Shown here: piece by piece, positions 1 through 9,341 of the stretch | Position numbering within the stretch: position 1 is the first letter of the stretch | Layout: the number at the start of each line of letters is the position of its first letter | UHGV virus genome: UHGV-0328628 | Direction: 5' to 3' (one strand) | DNA length: 42,773 bases | Origin: a virus | The notes under the pieces: generated by a model | Seen by the model: only the letters and a program-made list of their open reading frames with translations | The model's database searches: none | What the model was told of the DNA's origin: nothing | Made by a program: the position numbers and the translations under genes

Positions 1-54
1 ATTTTTTTTCCATTCTGATGAAATTCTGTTTTTTATGAGTTTGAGTAATTCCAT
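1..54 (-). CDS. 5' end of a tail-fibre-region gene running off the window start (MELLKLIKNRISSEWKKN...)
   Basis: ATG at 54..52 forms TAATG with the stop of the upstream gene; RBS AAGGAG 8 nt upstream; frame stays open to base 1 and is in phase with the partial ORF at the window end. Confidence 0.45.
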   Translation of the reverse strand, partial: MELLKLIKNRISSEWKKN

Positions 55-1109
55 TAAATCACTCCTTTCTTAGCTAAACTGGCTAATATTGATGTCATAG
101 TTTTTTTAGTGTTTGACAATGTGATTTCTGGTGGTTTGTTTGGTAATGCTGGATAGGTTTTGATTCCAACAATTTGAATGTACGTTTTGATATTTAATGG
201 TTCGTAAATAAACGGAACATAATCACCCTTTTGTGGAGTAATACGCCATTTCAACGTCACTGAACCGCTGATTGACGGATAATCCTGTAAGTCTTTTTTT
301 AGCCGTTCTGTCATGTTCACAGCTACTGTATAGCGTTCATCTTCCACAGGATCTTGAATACGGATGCCCCATTTTTCTGATTCTGGGGAGGTGTAGGTGA
401 TTGGAGAAAAGTAATAACTTCCATCATCTTTTTTCTTACCAAACCCTTTAATCTGCGTTTTGAGCGAATACGTATCAATGTCGAACTTTACTGAATCTGT
501 ATTGTACTTATATCGAATCTGCTCCTGAACTTTATCCCCGAACTCTGATCGTGGATAAAATGTTAGATGTTTATTGTCTGGAATGACTACCGCATCATAA
601 TCACTCAGTATTTCTTCAATCAGCTTTAAGTAATTCGCATTACCAAAGTTTTCTTGTTCAACCGTAAGAAACTTTTTATTCGGATCCACAACTTCCCAAG
701 TAAACCCTCGATTTCCTGCGCTAAAGATGTGCGTTAGTAATTGACTGATAGAGCGAGTCCCCGTTAATGTGTCGTATTGCCTTCCATCCTGAATCGTGTA
801 GTAAACATGTGTAGCAGTAATACTCTTAGTTACTTGTGCCCCTTCGCCAGAAGTCGTCATAGATTTAATAATGAACTCTTGACCATTGAATAAAACAGAA
901 TTTTCATAATCAACAAGGTCAAAAGCATAGCTGTTTGCTTCTGTCTTAGTAACATCTAAGCTAACTTCCCACGTTTCATTCTGTTGCCAATTCTCAAAAA
1001 AAGAGTCCTTGTTATAATCAACAAGGATCTCCTTCTTTGTCTTTTCGTAATTCTGAATGATGATATTTGTCACAGTACCACCTACTTGTACAGATAACGG
1101 AAATCCCAA
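54..1109 (-). CDS. Tail-associated protein (Tal-like, prophage tail endopeptidase family N-terminal domain)
   Basis: Sits directly after Dit in the canonical TMP-Dit-Tal order; 351 aa. Confidence 0.55.
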   Translation of the reverse strand: MGFPLSVQVGGTVTNIIIQNYEKTKKEILVDYNKDSFFENWQQNETWEVSLDVTKTEANSYAFDLVDYENSVLFNGQEFIIKSMTTSGEGAQVTKSITATHVYYTIQDGRQYDTLTGTRSISQLLTHIFSAGNRGFTWEVVDPNKKFLTVEQENFGNANYLKLIEEILSDYDAVVIPDNKHLTFYPRSEFGDKVQEQIRYKYNTDSVKFDIDTYSLKTQIKGFGKKKDDGSYYFSPITYTSPESEKWGIRIQDPVEDERYTVAVNMTERLKKDLQDYPSISGSVTLKWRITPQKGDYVPFIYEPLNIKTYIQIVGIKTYPALPNKPPEITLSNTKKTMTSILASLAKKGVI

Positions 1110-1912
1110 GATGATTTCACGTTTGCCACATTCTGGATTTCTATTTCATTGATTCCAGGTGCTAAAGTAATCAATTCTAAATTTGTATCGATTCCGCAAT
1201 GGACACCATTTAGCTTAGGATACACGCGATCGATACTAACTGTTTGACCTAAGTTATTCGAGAAACTAGGATAATAAATAAATCTTTCGCCCGTGGTTCT
1301 ATTAAATATCGTTGCATTTCCTAATGACTCTCCTTGCAATGTAATTCTAAGGTCATTTTCGCGTGGATCAACTGAAAAATCACCGGCATTGAAGACTTGG
1401 AAACGGCTCACTTCGAACTCATATACATAGTCTTCGGCTTCCAGGTTTTGTGAGAACTGCCACTCGTTCGATAAGCTAAATTCTGACAGTGTGGTTGAGA
1501 GAGATTCGGAACAACCTTTGAAAGCATTAAACACTATATTATACGTAGCGTATCTTATGCCTATCTCTTCCAAATCAATGGAACTCGGATGTACCAAGTA
1601 ACGTTTTCCTGGCTCCCTATCTGTCATTATGAAATAGCTATCTTTCTCTGAAAGAAAGGCGTATAACTCGGTCTCTTTTAGCTGATAATCGAACATATTC
1701 TTAAACTCCACGAATAGCTTGACCTCAATAGTAAAAGGTTTAAATGAGCTATTTACCTCCCTTGAACCATTCGAACCAGAAAACTCTTGATATTCAACAT
1801 TCAATTGAGGTGCTTTTCTCTCAAATTCGATACACTTAAAACCTAAATCATCCTTTAGAGAGAGCAATTTATTATTTTTTTGAAATCGTAAGTCAATAAT
1901 ATAACCGTTCAA
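1082..1912 (-). CDS. Distal tail protein (Dit, siphovirus tail component)
   Basis: 276 aa ORF immediately downstream of the tape measure gene; conserved gene order. Confidence 0.6.
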   Translation of the reverse strand: MNGYIIDLRFQKNNKLLSLKDDLGFKCIEFERKAPQLNVEYQEFSGSNGSREVNSSFKPFTIEVKLFVEFKNMFDYQLKETELYAFLSEKDSYFIMTDREPGKRYLVHPSSIDLEEIGIRYATYNIVFNAFKGCSESLSTTLSEFSLSNEWQFSQNLEAEDYVYEFEVSRFQVFNAGDFSVDPRENDLRITLQGESLGNATIFNRTTGERFIYYPSFSNNLGQTVSIDRVYPKLNGVHCGIDTNLELITLAPGINEIEIQNVANVKSSWDFRYLYK

Positions 1913-1923
1913 TCAATCATCTC

Positions 1924-4900
1924 CTAACTCCCAGTATATAAAGCTTGATCAAACTTTTTACCTAACTGATTATTTGTGGTATTAGATATTTTCTCTCCAT
2001 CTAAATTAACAACTGAATCTTTAGCTAATATCTTGGCTAATAAGTTGTTTTGTTTAATCATCAAGGCAACGATCGTTTCCAAAGTTGGGCTTGATTTGCT
2101 ATCAGCAGTAGTTCCAGCAGGCGAAACACCTAATTTATCCATTGCGATCCCTAGTAGTTGCATTGCACGCGATCTTTTAGCAGAATCTAAAGGTATGATT
2201 ATCTCTGGTTTATTTCGTTCGCCCGCTTCAATGATTTGATGCTGATTAATAATTCCTCCATTGGCAAAACCTTTAATCCGACGACCGGAAGGTCCCCATC
2301 CTGAACGTCCGTACGGCAGATCGCGTCGCCAGTTGGAATTATTGAAGAAGGCCATTAACTGATCGAATCCTTTTAAAATATTCCCGTATCCCTTAACCTT
2401 ATATGCATTAAAGGTTGACGGAATATACTGTAAAAGCCCTTGTGCTGGGTTCCCGTTTGCCATATTGATATCCCATACTGCTGAGCTTTGTCTGATTCTT
2501 TCATTACCACCAGATTCACGCTGGATTTGAGCTAAAATACCATTTAATTCGTTTTGAGATAGTGATTGACCCATTAATTTCGCTGCGCGTTTTACTTGCG
2601 CTGCCCAATCTCCGCCTTTTCCAGTGTCAAGACTGCCGCCAGTAAATATATCGCCAGAACCCATAGAACCATTCAAATGAATATGGTCATAGTGATCATT
2701 ATCTGGCCAAGGAACCCATTTTCCTGATTTTCCCTGTCCTGATAGACCCATACGGTCTCTTACCTGACCATTAGTTATGACGTAAGCAATCTCTCGAGGG
2801 AATTTTTCAAACGCGTAATCAGCTACTTTTTTGTTTTCAGGTGATCCATTCATTGAGGACGGATAAGCAATATCTAAAGCTTGATGCTTTCCGTGGTAAT
2901 AAGGATCTCCTTCTCGAAACCCTGATGTAATAGTTAGACCACTGAACTTGGCCATTATTTTCTGTGCAACATCAACTAAATACTGATAAACGTTATTAGC
3001 GTTCATCGCTCCGTCAAAGCTACCCGCGCTCATCGAGTCAAACATTTCTTTAACCTTAGCTGTCAACGCATCTTTAGCTTTTTTCAATATTCCGCCACCG
3101 ACATCTAAAGGCCATTTAGTCAGACCACCGAGTAAGTTCGACCCAAGTAACTTAGAAACCAGCTTGCCCGGATCGTCGATATAATCCATCACATCCCCAA
3201 TGGCATTTTTAACACCATCAAGAATACCTGAGCCAACATCTTTAACATTCGACCACAAGTTAGAGAACAGACCGCCTGTACCTTTTGCATACGCGAAGGT
3301 TGAGCGTTTTTTACCCATCAACATAGCTGTATCGTGTGCAGGAATAACCTGCGTTCCGGGCTCACCATACATGGTAACGTTTTGACCTTTTGGAATGAAC
3401 GCTTGCCCATTCGGTCTTACGACCATTTCAGCGCCAGCGCCATCGTTGACCTTCATTATTCCGCCTGGATGCCCATCTGTTCCCTGAGCATAAGCAGGCG
3501 CCCAATGTTTGATCTTATCTCCGCCAAGTTTTTCTAGTACCCAACTAGCACCATCAATAATCAAATTGATTGGCTTTTTAACAGCATTCATTGCTGCTTT
3601 AAAGATTGATTCAAAAGCATTTTTAACGGCTCCGGCGCCTGCTTTAATCCCATCAGCAATTTTACCAGGTAGAGCTTTCATCCAGTTAACAACTGTCGTG
3701 ATACCATTTGAAAAAGTATTTTTTATTGTAGTCCAAAGTGATTTGATTACATTGACCAATGTATTTTTCAGGTTTGTTACGTGAGAAGTCAAATTAGAAG
3801 CCCAATTTCTTATTGCGCCCCATGTGTTTGATATTCCGTTTGAAAAAGTAGATTTGACACCATTCCAAAGTGACTTAATTAAATTGACGAATGAATTTTT
3901 TAAGCCGCCGACTTTACCAAGAGTAGAGGAAATCCATCCCGTAACCGACGAACCGACACCTTGAATCCCTTGAGTGAAAAGATTTCTAGCACCATCCCAC
4001 AATCCTTTAACGGCACTTTTGAATCCTGTCGCCAATCCTTTAACGCCTTGTAGCAATCGTTTAAAGAACATAATTTGAATGAAATTCCAAATAGCTTCAA
4101 TTGCTCCTGAGAAGAGTTGCTTAATACCTTCCCACATTTTTCCAAGGTCACCAGTAAAGATACCAGTAAAAATTTTAATAGCACCTTGAATCGCATTCAA
4201 TAATCCTTTTACTAGTCCAATCACATTGTCTATAAATCCCATGAAAAGAGTCATTACAATTTTGACGACTGGTTGAATAAATACAAAGAAATTTTTGATT
4301 GCTTCGATGATCTGCTTTCCGTTTTGTTCCCAGAAGAGAGTTAGGGACTTGCCGATATCGCCTAAAGCCTTACCGATTTTTGAAATGATTGGAATAACAT
4401 AAGGAGCTAATGTACTAAACACGCCTTTTGCAATCTCAATGGCAACCTCTAACATTTGCTGGATATTTGTAAATACTGCACCAAAATAAATTTTTATGTC
4501 TTCTACAACTTTTTTAATCTTAGCGATATCATCAGGCTTTAAACCCAATCGTTTTAGCATGCCATCATCAGCTTTTTCATTACCAAAGATTGAACCAATC
4601 ATTTTTTTAATGTCCCCGGTGAAATTTCTGATTTTATCAATCGTTTCATCAGTCATGCCGGTCATTTTCAAAATATTCAGCGACTTTTCTTGTTTTTCTC
4701 CAGTGGCAAATATTCCGTTAAAAATATTTTTAACTTGCATAACACGTTGTTTTGCTTTGGCTAACACTTCCATTGGAATGATCTTATCGAGATCAAATAA
4801 AGCCTTTGAATACTTTTTGGGATCATTGTTCTCAGCAAAAACAGTGAAAAGATTTTTAAATATGCCGATTGCTTTATTGACTACTGGTGCAATTACTCCT

Positions 4901-6501
4901 AAAACTTGCGGGATAATCGTTCCAATTTTTTTGAACACTGCTTCAGCTCGCGCCCCTGCATTACTAATCATGTCGCTGAGAGTAGGCAACTTATTCTTTG
5001 CTAACCCATCATTCAACTTCGTGATCATATCAGCCACACCGCGAGTAATTGCAGTTTTTGCATTTGAAATTGAAGTGCTGATACCTTTCGTTGAGTCTTT
5101 AGCGATTTGGTTTAACGACTTGATACCGCCGCCACCATTTTTATCTAACTCAATCAATCGGTCTTGGAATTCTTTAACACTAATCGAACCATCAGAAAGT
5201 CCAGCCTTCAACTCACCAGTGGTTTTGCCCATCTGTTTAGCCATCGCATTCAAAGTAGGTCCTAAACCACTATTGATCATTGAATTCCACGTTTCAGCAT
5301 CGACTTTTCCGTTCGAGAATGATTGTGATAGCTGAACGATTGCATTATCAACCATTTCAGCGTTACCACCGAAACCTAGAATCCCATCATTCATCGCTTT
5401 GAATATGTCTACTGATTTTCCGACATCATCGGTGGAACCTGCTAAAAGCTGAACACCTTTTACAGCACCATCTAAACCGGTTGGCAATCCCTTAATGGCA
5501 AGTTGCAGGTTATCCATCGCTTTTTTGGTTTCACCTGCTTCAAAACCCATATTTGAGAATGCTCTATCTGAGTTATTTAGCGTATCAATACGACTGATTG
5601 CACCGTCTAGCGAGTCAGAAACCGTATTGACTGCTTTAGAACCAATCGTAGCAAACGCGCCAAACGCAGCACCTTTCGCCATCGTGGCAAAGCCTTTCCC
5701 TAAAGTTGAAACAACGCCAGTCGTTTTAGATACACGATCTTTGAACCCGTCTAGGTTACGGCCAGATTTGTTCGCCTGATCTCCAAAGTCATCAATTTCC
5801 CGTCCAGTATCGTTAGTTGTCTTTTTCAGCCCCTCTAATTGCTTATCAGAGAGCTTGCTTTGACGTTCTAACTTACTAAGTTCTTTTCGAGCATCTTCGG
5901 TTTCCTCAGCAGATTCGCCAAATTCATCCGCCATCAGCGCAACAACTTTACGTTGCTCGTCCATCGCACGTTCAGACAATTCAGCTTGTTTAGTCAATCC
6001 TCTTTGTTTTGCTTCAAACGCGCCAGATTCGTCACCAGCTGCTTTCAAGGCTTTGACTTCTGCATTCATCTGCCGTTCATTGTCTTTGATTTCGTCTGTC
6101 AGGTCATTGACGGCAGTTTGTGAGTAAACAAGTTCCTTTTTTGTGTCATTTAACTGTTTGCCATAGGCATTGTATTTCGCCGTTGCATTATTGATCTGCG
6201 TATTGAGCTTAGCGACCTCTTTTGATTCTTCACCGTATTTTTCAACAGCTTCGTCACGCCGTTTAGTCAGTTCTTTGACTTTAGCATTTTGGCCATCCAT
6301 GACCGTAGACAAGTCCTTCGTCTTCTGACTCAACGCCTCATAGCTACGTCCAGCAGAATCATAGGCTTTCAGATTCGCCTTCATATTCGACTCGGCTTGC
6401 TTAACCTTGGCGTTGATTTCATCAAGGGTATTGCCAAAACTAGTACCATCTAGCGAGATACCCAGTTTGATATTTCCAACAGGTTTTCCTTTTCCAGCCA
6501 T
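1924..6501 (-). CDS. Tail tape measure protein with C-terminal M23-like peptidase and lytic transglycosylase (SLT) domains
   Basis: 1525 aa; coiled-coil N-terminus and Gly/Ala-rich repeats; HxxxD...HxH motif (HQALD / HYDHIH); SLT motif ESGGN...QGLLQY; RBS AAAGGGGG before the ATG. Confidence 0.9.
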   Translation of the reverse strand: MAGKGKPVGNIKLGISLDGTSFGNTLDEINAKVKQAESNMKANLKAYDSAGRSYEALSQKTKDLSTVMDGQNAKVKELTKRRDEAVEKYGEESKEVAKLNTQINNATAKYNAYGKQLNDTKKELVYSQTAVNDLTDEIKDNERQMNAEVKALKAAGDESGAFEAKQRGLTKQAELSERAMDEQRKVVALMADEFGESAEETEDARKELSKLERQSKLSDKQLEGLKKTTNDTGREIDDFGDQANKSGRNLDGFKDRVSKTTGVVSTLGKGFATMAKGAAFGAFATIGSKAVNTVSDSLDGAISRIDTLNNSDRAFSNMGFEAGETKKAMDNLQLAIKGLPTGLDGAVKGVQLLAGSTDDVGKSVDIFKAMNDGILGFGGNAEMVDNAIVQLSQSFSNGKVDAETWNSMINSGLGPTLNAMAKQMGKTTGELKAGLSDGSISVKEFQDRLIELDKNGGGGIKSLNQIAKDSTKGISTSISNAKTAITRGVADMITKLNDGLAKNKLPTLSDMISNAGARAEAVFKKIGTIIPQVLGVIAPVVNKAIGIFKNLFTVFAENNDPKKYSKALFDLDKIIPMEVLAKAKQRVMQVKNIFNGIFATGEKQEKSLNILKMTGMTDETIDKIRNFTGDIKKMIGSIFGNEKADDGMLKRLGLKPDDIAKIKKVVEDIKIYFGAVFTNIQQMLEVAIEIAKGVFSTLAPYVIPIISKIGKALGDIGKSLTLFWEQNGKQIIEAIKNFFVFIQPVVKIVMTLFMGFIDNVIGLVKGLLNAIQGAIKIFTGIFTGDLGKMWEGIKQLFSGAIEAIWNFIQIMFFKRLLQGVKGLATGFKSAVKGLWDGARNLFTQGIQGVGSSVTGWISSTLGKVGGLKNSFVNLIKSLWNGVKSTFSNGISNTWGAIRNWASNLTSHVTNLKNTLVNVIKSLWTTIKNTFSNGITTVVNWMKALPGKIADGIKAGAGAVKNAFESIFKAAMNAVKKPINLIIDGASWVLEKLGGDKIKHWAPAYAQGTDGHPGGIMKVNDGAGAEMVVRPNGQAFIPKGQNVTMYGEPGTQVIPAHDTAMLMGKKRSTFAYAKGTGGLFSNLWSNVKDVGSGILDGVKNAIGDVMDYIDDPGKLVSKLLGSNLLGGLTKWPLDVGGGILKKAKDALTAKVKEMFDSMSAGSFDGAMNANNVYQYLVDVAQKIMAKFSGLTITSGFREGDPYYHGKHQALDIAYPSSMNGSPENKKVADYAFEKFPREIAYVITNGQVRDRMGLSGQGKSGKWVPWPDNDHYDHIHLNGSMGSGDIFTGGSLDTGKGGDWAAQVKRAAKLMGQSLSQNELNGILAQIQRESGGNERIRQSSAVWDINMANGNPAQGLLQYIPSTFNAYKVKGYGNILKGFDQLMAFFNNSNWRRDLPYGRSGWGPSGRRIKGFANGGIINQHQIIEAGERNKPEIIIPLDSAKRSRAMQLLGIAMDKLGVSPAGTTADSKSSPTLETIVALMIKQNNLLAKILAKDSVVNLDGEKISNTTNNQLGKKFDQALYTGS

Positions 6502-6505
6502 AATT

Positions 6506-6744
6506 TACCCCCTTTCTTCGAGGATTTTTAAATCGTCCGCAGAAAGAAATTGTTTAATAAAATCTGCGCCATCCATGTAGTCATCGCCTTTTTCTACTTC
6601 GCTAAAAAGGTGGAGCAGATAGTGATAATCTGAATCGTCTACGTCTTTCATCGTCCAACCAGCTTCAATCAAATCTTTGTAGATCTGATCAATAGCTTTT
6701 CTTGCTTCTGTAAAGCTTATTTCTTTTTCTTTCCCGACTTTTTT
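6506..6744 (-). CDS. -1 frameshift extension of the tail assembly chaperone (gpGT-like product)
   Basis: Slippery heptamer A AAA AAG at 6744..6738 near the end of the chaperone ORF; the -1 frame stays open about 79 codons and stops at TAA 6508..6506, just before the TMP ATG. Confidence 0.65.
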
Positions 6745-7025
6745 TCATCACTGCCCAGATCATTGATTTGTTCAAATATACCTTGCAAGGTAGGACCCAA
6801 CTCATTTGCAGTAAGACCGTCTAGAATTGAGTCAAAGGAAACTGCCGGATCTTGGAAAATATCTGCAACGATGGCGATCATTGAATCAATGGCATCTAAA
6901 TCAGAAAGTTCTTCTTTATCGGCTTTTTCATAAAATTTGATACACTCACGCATCGCACGGGCTGAGATATCTTGCTGTTTAAATATTTTTTTCTTACCTT
7001 CGATTTTTAGTTGTAATTCGATCAT
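6717..7025 (-). CDS. Tail assembly chaperone (gpG-like)
   Basis: 102 aa acidic protein between the major tail and TMP genes; ends in KKSGKKKK over the slippery site. Confidence 0.7.
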   Translation of the reverse strand: MIELQLKIEGKKKIFKQQDISARAMRECIKFYEKADKEELSDLDAIDSMIAIVADIFQDPAVSFDSILDGLTANELGPTLQGIFEQINDLGSDEKKSGKKKK

Positions 7026-7068
7026 TAATAGTTCCTCCTAATTGAAAATGAAAAGGCTAGCCAATCGG

Positions 7069-7341
7069 CTAACCTTCGGTAACGGTCAATGTTGCTTTGG
7101 CGGTTTTCCCACCAGTTTTAGTTGTAACTGTAATGTCTGCTGTACCAGCTTTAAGGGCTGCTACCTTACCAGTTGTGTCAACGGTTGCTACGGCTGTATC
7201 GCTTGATTTCCAAATCACTGTCTTGTCAGACGCATTGGCTGGTAAAACCGTGGATGTCAACGTTTCATTTGCCCCGACCGCAAGTGACAACGTTGTTTTA
7301 TTCAACGAAACACTTGCAGGGCTAACTACTCCCCCGGCGTG
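7069..7341 (-). CDS. Bacterial Ig-like (Big_2) domain ORF, probably expressed as a C-terminal extension of the major tail protein by -1 frameshift
   Basis: Big_2-like sequence (VIWKSSDTAVATVDTTGKVAALKAGTADITV); open frame starts inside the last 16 nt of the major tail gene in the -1 frame; no independent RBS. Confidence 0.5.
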   Translation of the reverse strand, partial: HAGGVVSPASVSLNKTTLSLAVGANETLTSTVLPANASDKTVIWKSSDTAVATVDTTGKVAALKAGTADITVTTKTGGKTAKATLTVTEG

Positions 7342-7886
7342 TTAAACACCAAGGCTTTGAATTTATCTAAGGTCATTGTTTCAGTTTCTACAGCAGCGAT
7401 ATAAACATATCCACGACTATCTGCAATGAAATCACCTTCAATGGAATCCGTTTGTAATTCCACACCTTTATCTTCGGCTGTCTTCAAATCAATGTCCGGA
7501 TGACTAAATTTCCCTTTAGTCATTCCCATGAATAACCGTTCGCCTTCTTTTGTACCTGAGATAAGAACCAACGAAGTGTACGGTGCTTCGGTATTTGTCC
7601 CTATTACATGTGCTCCGTCTACTTCCTCCGCTCCGATTACTTCTTGGTAAATTCCACCATCTAATAAGTCAGCAACATCTAATGTGACTTTAGGTGCAGA
7701 AACACCTTTTGAAGCAATAAAAAATGGCACATTAGAAGCGAAGATGGTATTGGATGTTGAACCCAACCCCGTAATTTTCGCTTCAATTGCACCGCCTGCA
7801 GATTTATCTGCCACTAATTCTTTTAAAGTATCATCTTTCTTTGATTGAACACCAAAGATAACACTATCAAACCCTTGAGTTGCCAT
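7326..7886 (-). CDS. Major tail protein
   Basis: 186 aa; positioned between the tail-completion and chaperone genes; RBS GGGAGAG. Confidence 0.75.
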   Translation of the reverse strand: MATQGFDSVIFGVQSKKDDTLKELVADKSAGGAIEAKITGLGSTSNTIFASNVPFFIASKGVSAPKVTLDVADLLDGGIYQEVIGAEEVDGAHVIGTNTEAPYTSLVLISGTKEGERLFMGMTKGKFSHPDIDLKTAEDKGVELQTDSIEGDFIADSRGYVYIAAVETETMTLDKFKALVFNTPGE

Positions 7887-7902
7887 ATATTAATCTCTCC
7901 CT

Positions 7903-8274
7903 TTAATTTAATGAAATAGTTGCTACATAACGCTTAATGATCCGTTTTGATCCCTCCAAGTCCTCGTCATCGGTTTGTTCGGTATAAGTACATTCCCAAC
8001 CCTCAACTCGCATGACTTCATCGAGAGCAAAATAAAAGGCATCAACCTCTTTTAAGGTCGACACCCATACATCTACTTGTACGTTGAATTGAATTGTTAA
8101 AGGGTTGTTGCTTGCGTAATCGTCATAGTTGCCATAAAGTTCTACAATTCGTCCGATTGGTAAGTTAGGAACGGTTTGAGCTGATTCAGGCACGCCGTTT
8201 GTGTAGAAATCAATAGTTTTTGTTTTTTCAGCGCTATTCAAAATTGAATAAACCTGCGATACAGCAGTTTTCAT
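7903..8274 (-). CDS. Tail completion / neck protein
   Basis: Position in the head-tail joining cluster; 123 aa. Confidence 0.45.
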   Translation of the reverse strand: MKTAVSQVYSILNSAEKTKTIDFYTNGVPESAQTVPNLPIGRIVELYGNYDDYASNNPLTIQFNVQVDVWVSTLKEVDAFYFALDEVMRVEGWECTYTEQTDDEDLEGSKRIIKRYVATISLN

Positions 8275-8666
8275 AGTCCTAACCTCCGTTTCAGCTCGTT
8301 GGCAATTATTTCTGTTACTTGATTTTCAATTTGTTTTTGTGTTTTTTGGACGATTCCTTGAGGTGGCTGATTAATTGTTCCAAACTCGATGAAATGCATC
8401 CGCCAAGCAACGTCATCATCGTACCCAACATCAATATTTCCATCTTTTACCGGCCCGATAACTACATGATCATTGGCGTGTTCAAGCATATAGTCACCAC
8501 GCTTACCTTTTGACTTTTTTTCTTGCCAAACAGGCGTATTTTGCTCAAGTTTCGGTTTAACGTAAGCAGCAGCTTTTCTCAATGCTGGGTTTTCTACGCG
8601 TTTTACGCTAGTTTTCAGCTCTCTAAGAGCTTTGAACACCTCTGATGAGTCTATTTCTACGCTCAT
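8271..8666 (-). CDS. HK97 gp10-like tail component
   Basis: 131 aa; ATGA overlap coupling with neighbours; position. Confidence 0.5.
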   Translation of the reverse strand: MSVEIDSSEVFKALRELKTSVKRVENPALRKAAAYVKPKLEQNTPVWQEKKSKGKRGDYMLEHANDHVVIGPVKDGNIDVGYDDDVAWRMHFIEFGTINQPPQGIVQKTQKQIENQVTEIIANELKRRLGL

Positions 8667-8998
8667 TTTTGAACCTCTTTCGCAATGACAGTGGTGAAAT
8701 CTTTGGCAAACTCTCCTTTGGTGATCGTGATAATCTCAAAAGTTTTGCCTTTCCACTTCACTTTCATGTCGTTTTCGAGTTCTGCTTTTTGCTGATAGCG
8801 GATAATAAACGTTAACGTCCCCTCAAGAACTGTCCCGATTGAAGCTTTGACATCGCTCAAGCGTTGAGTCTGCACGCTAGCCCAACAAGAAAAGACAGTT
8901 ATAGGCGTGACGACTACTTGGCCGTCCTCATCCTTAACCGTCGTATCTCGGACAAACTTGATGCGTTGATTTAAATTTCCTGTTTGAATAAGGGGCAT
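8663..8998 (-). CDS. Head-tail joining / head closure protein
   Basis: 111 aa; position after the connector. Confidence 0.5.
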   Translation of the reverse strand: MPLIQTGNLNQRIKFVRDTTVKDEDGQVVVTPITVFSCWASVQTQRLSDVKASIGTVLEGTLTFIIRYQQKAELENDMKVKWKGKTFEIITITKGEFAKDFTTVIAKEVQK

Positions 8999-9001
8999 AC
9001 G

Positions 9002-9328
9002 CTACTCCCCCTCCACAAAAAGCAAATAACTTGCTTTGAGTTGCAAGATTAGGCTTGTAAAACCTAAATCGTACTCTCGCAAGTTCCCACTCACGGTTGC
9101 TGAACGCGCTTTGTAGTAATGGTCAGCCAATTGCAGGATTGCCAAATTGATTAACTCGACGGTGTCATTGTCTTGCATATAAAAAGAGGGCTTATCAGTA
9201 CCGATAGCCCCCTTGACATATGCAATTGCGGCAATAACAGACCGCTTAACTTCCTGGTCATCATCGTCCGTGTCGATTTTCAACGCGTTTTTGATTTCTT
9301 CTAAATCAGTTTTTGGATCAAGAATCAT
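9002..9328 (-). CDS. Head-tail connector (gp6-like adaptor)
   Basis: 108 aa acidic protein directly after the capsid gene. Confidence 0.5.
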   Translation of the reverse strand: MILDPKTDLEEIKNALKIDTDDDDQEVKRSVIAAIAYVKGAIGTDKPSFYMQDNDTVELINLAILQLADHYYKARSATVSGNLREYDLGFTSLILQLKASYLLFVEGE

Positions 9329-9341
9329 AGAGCATCAGCTC

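Noticed and set aside
1976-5779. Plus-strand ORFs antisense to the tape measure gene (1976..2239, 3200..3385, 3334..3537, 3509..3784, 4496..5335, 5495..5779)
   Set aside because: They lie entirely inside a well-supported 1525-aa minus-strand gene, have no RBS, and have low-complexity hydrophobic composition typical of antisense frames
7326-7328. Stop-codon read-through as the mechanism joining the major tail protein to the Ig domain
   Set aside because: On recounting the codon phase, the Ig ORF is in the -1 frame, not in frame with the TAG stop, and a TGA follows eight codons downstream in the zero frame
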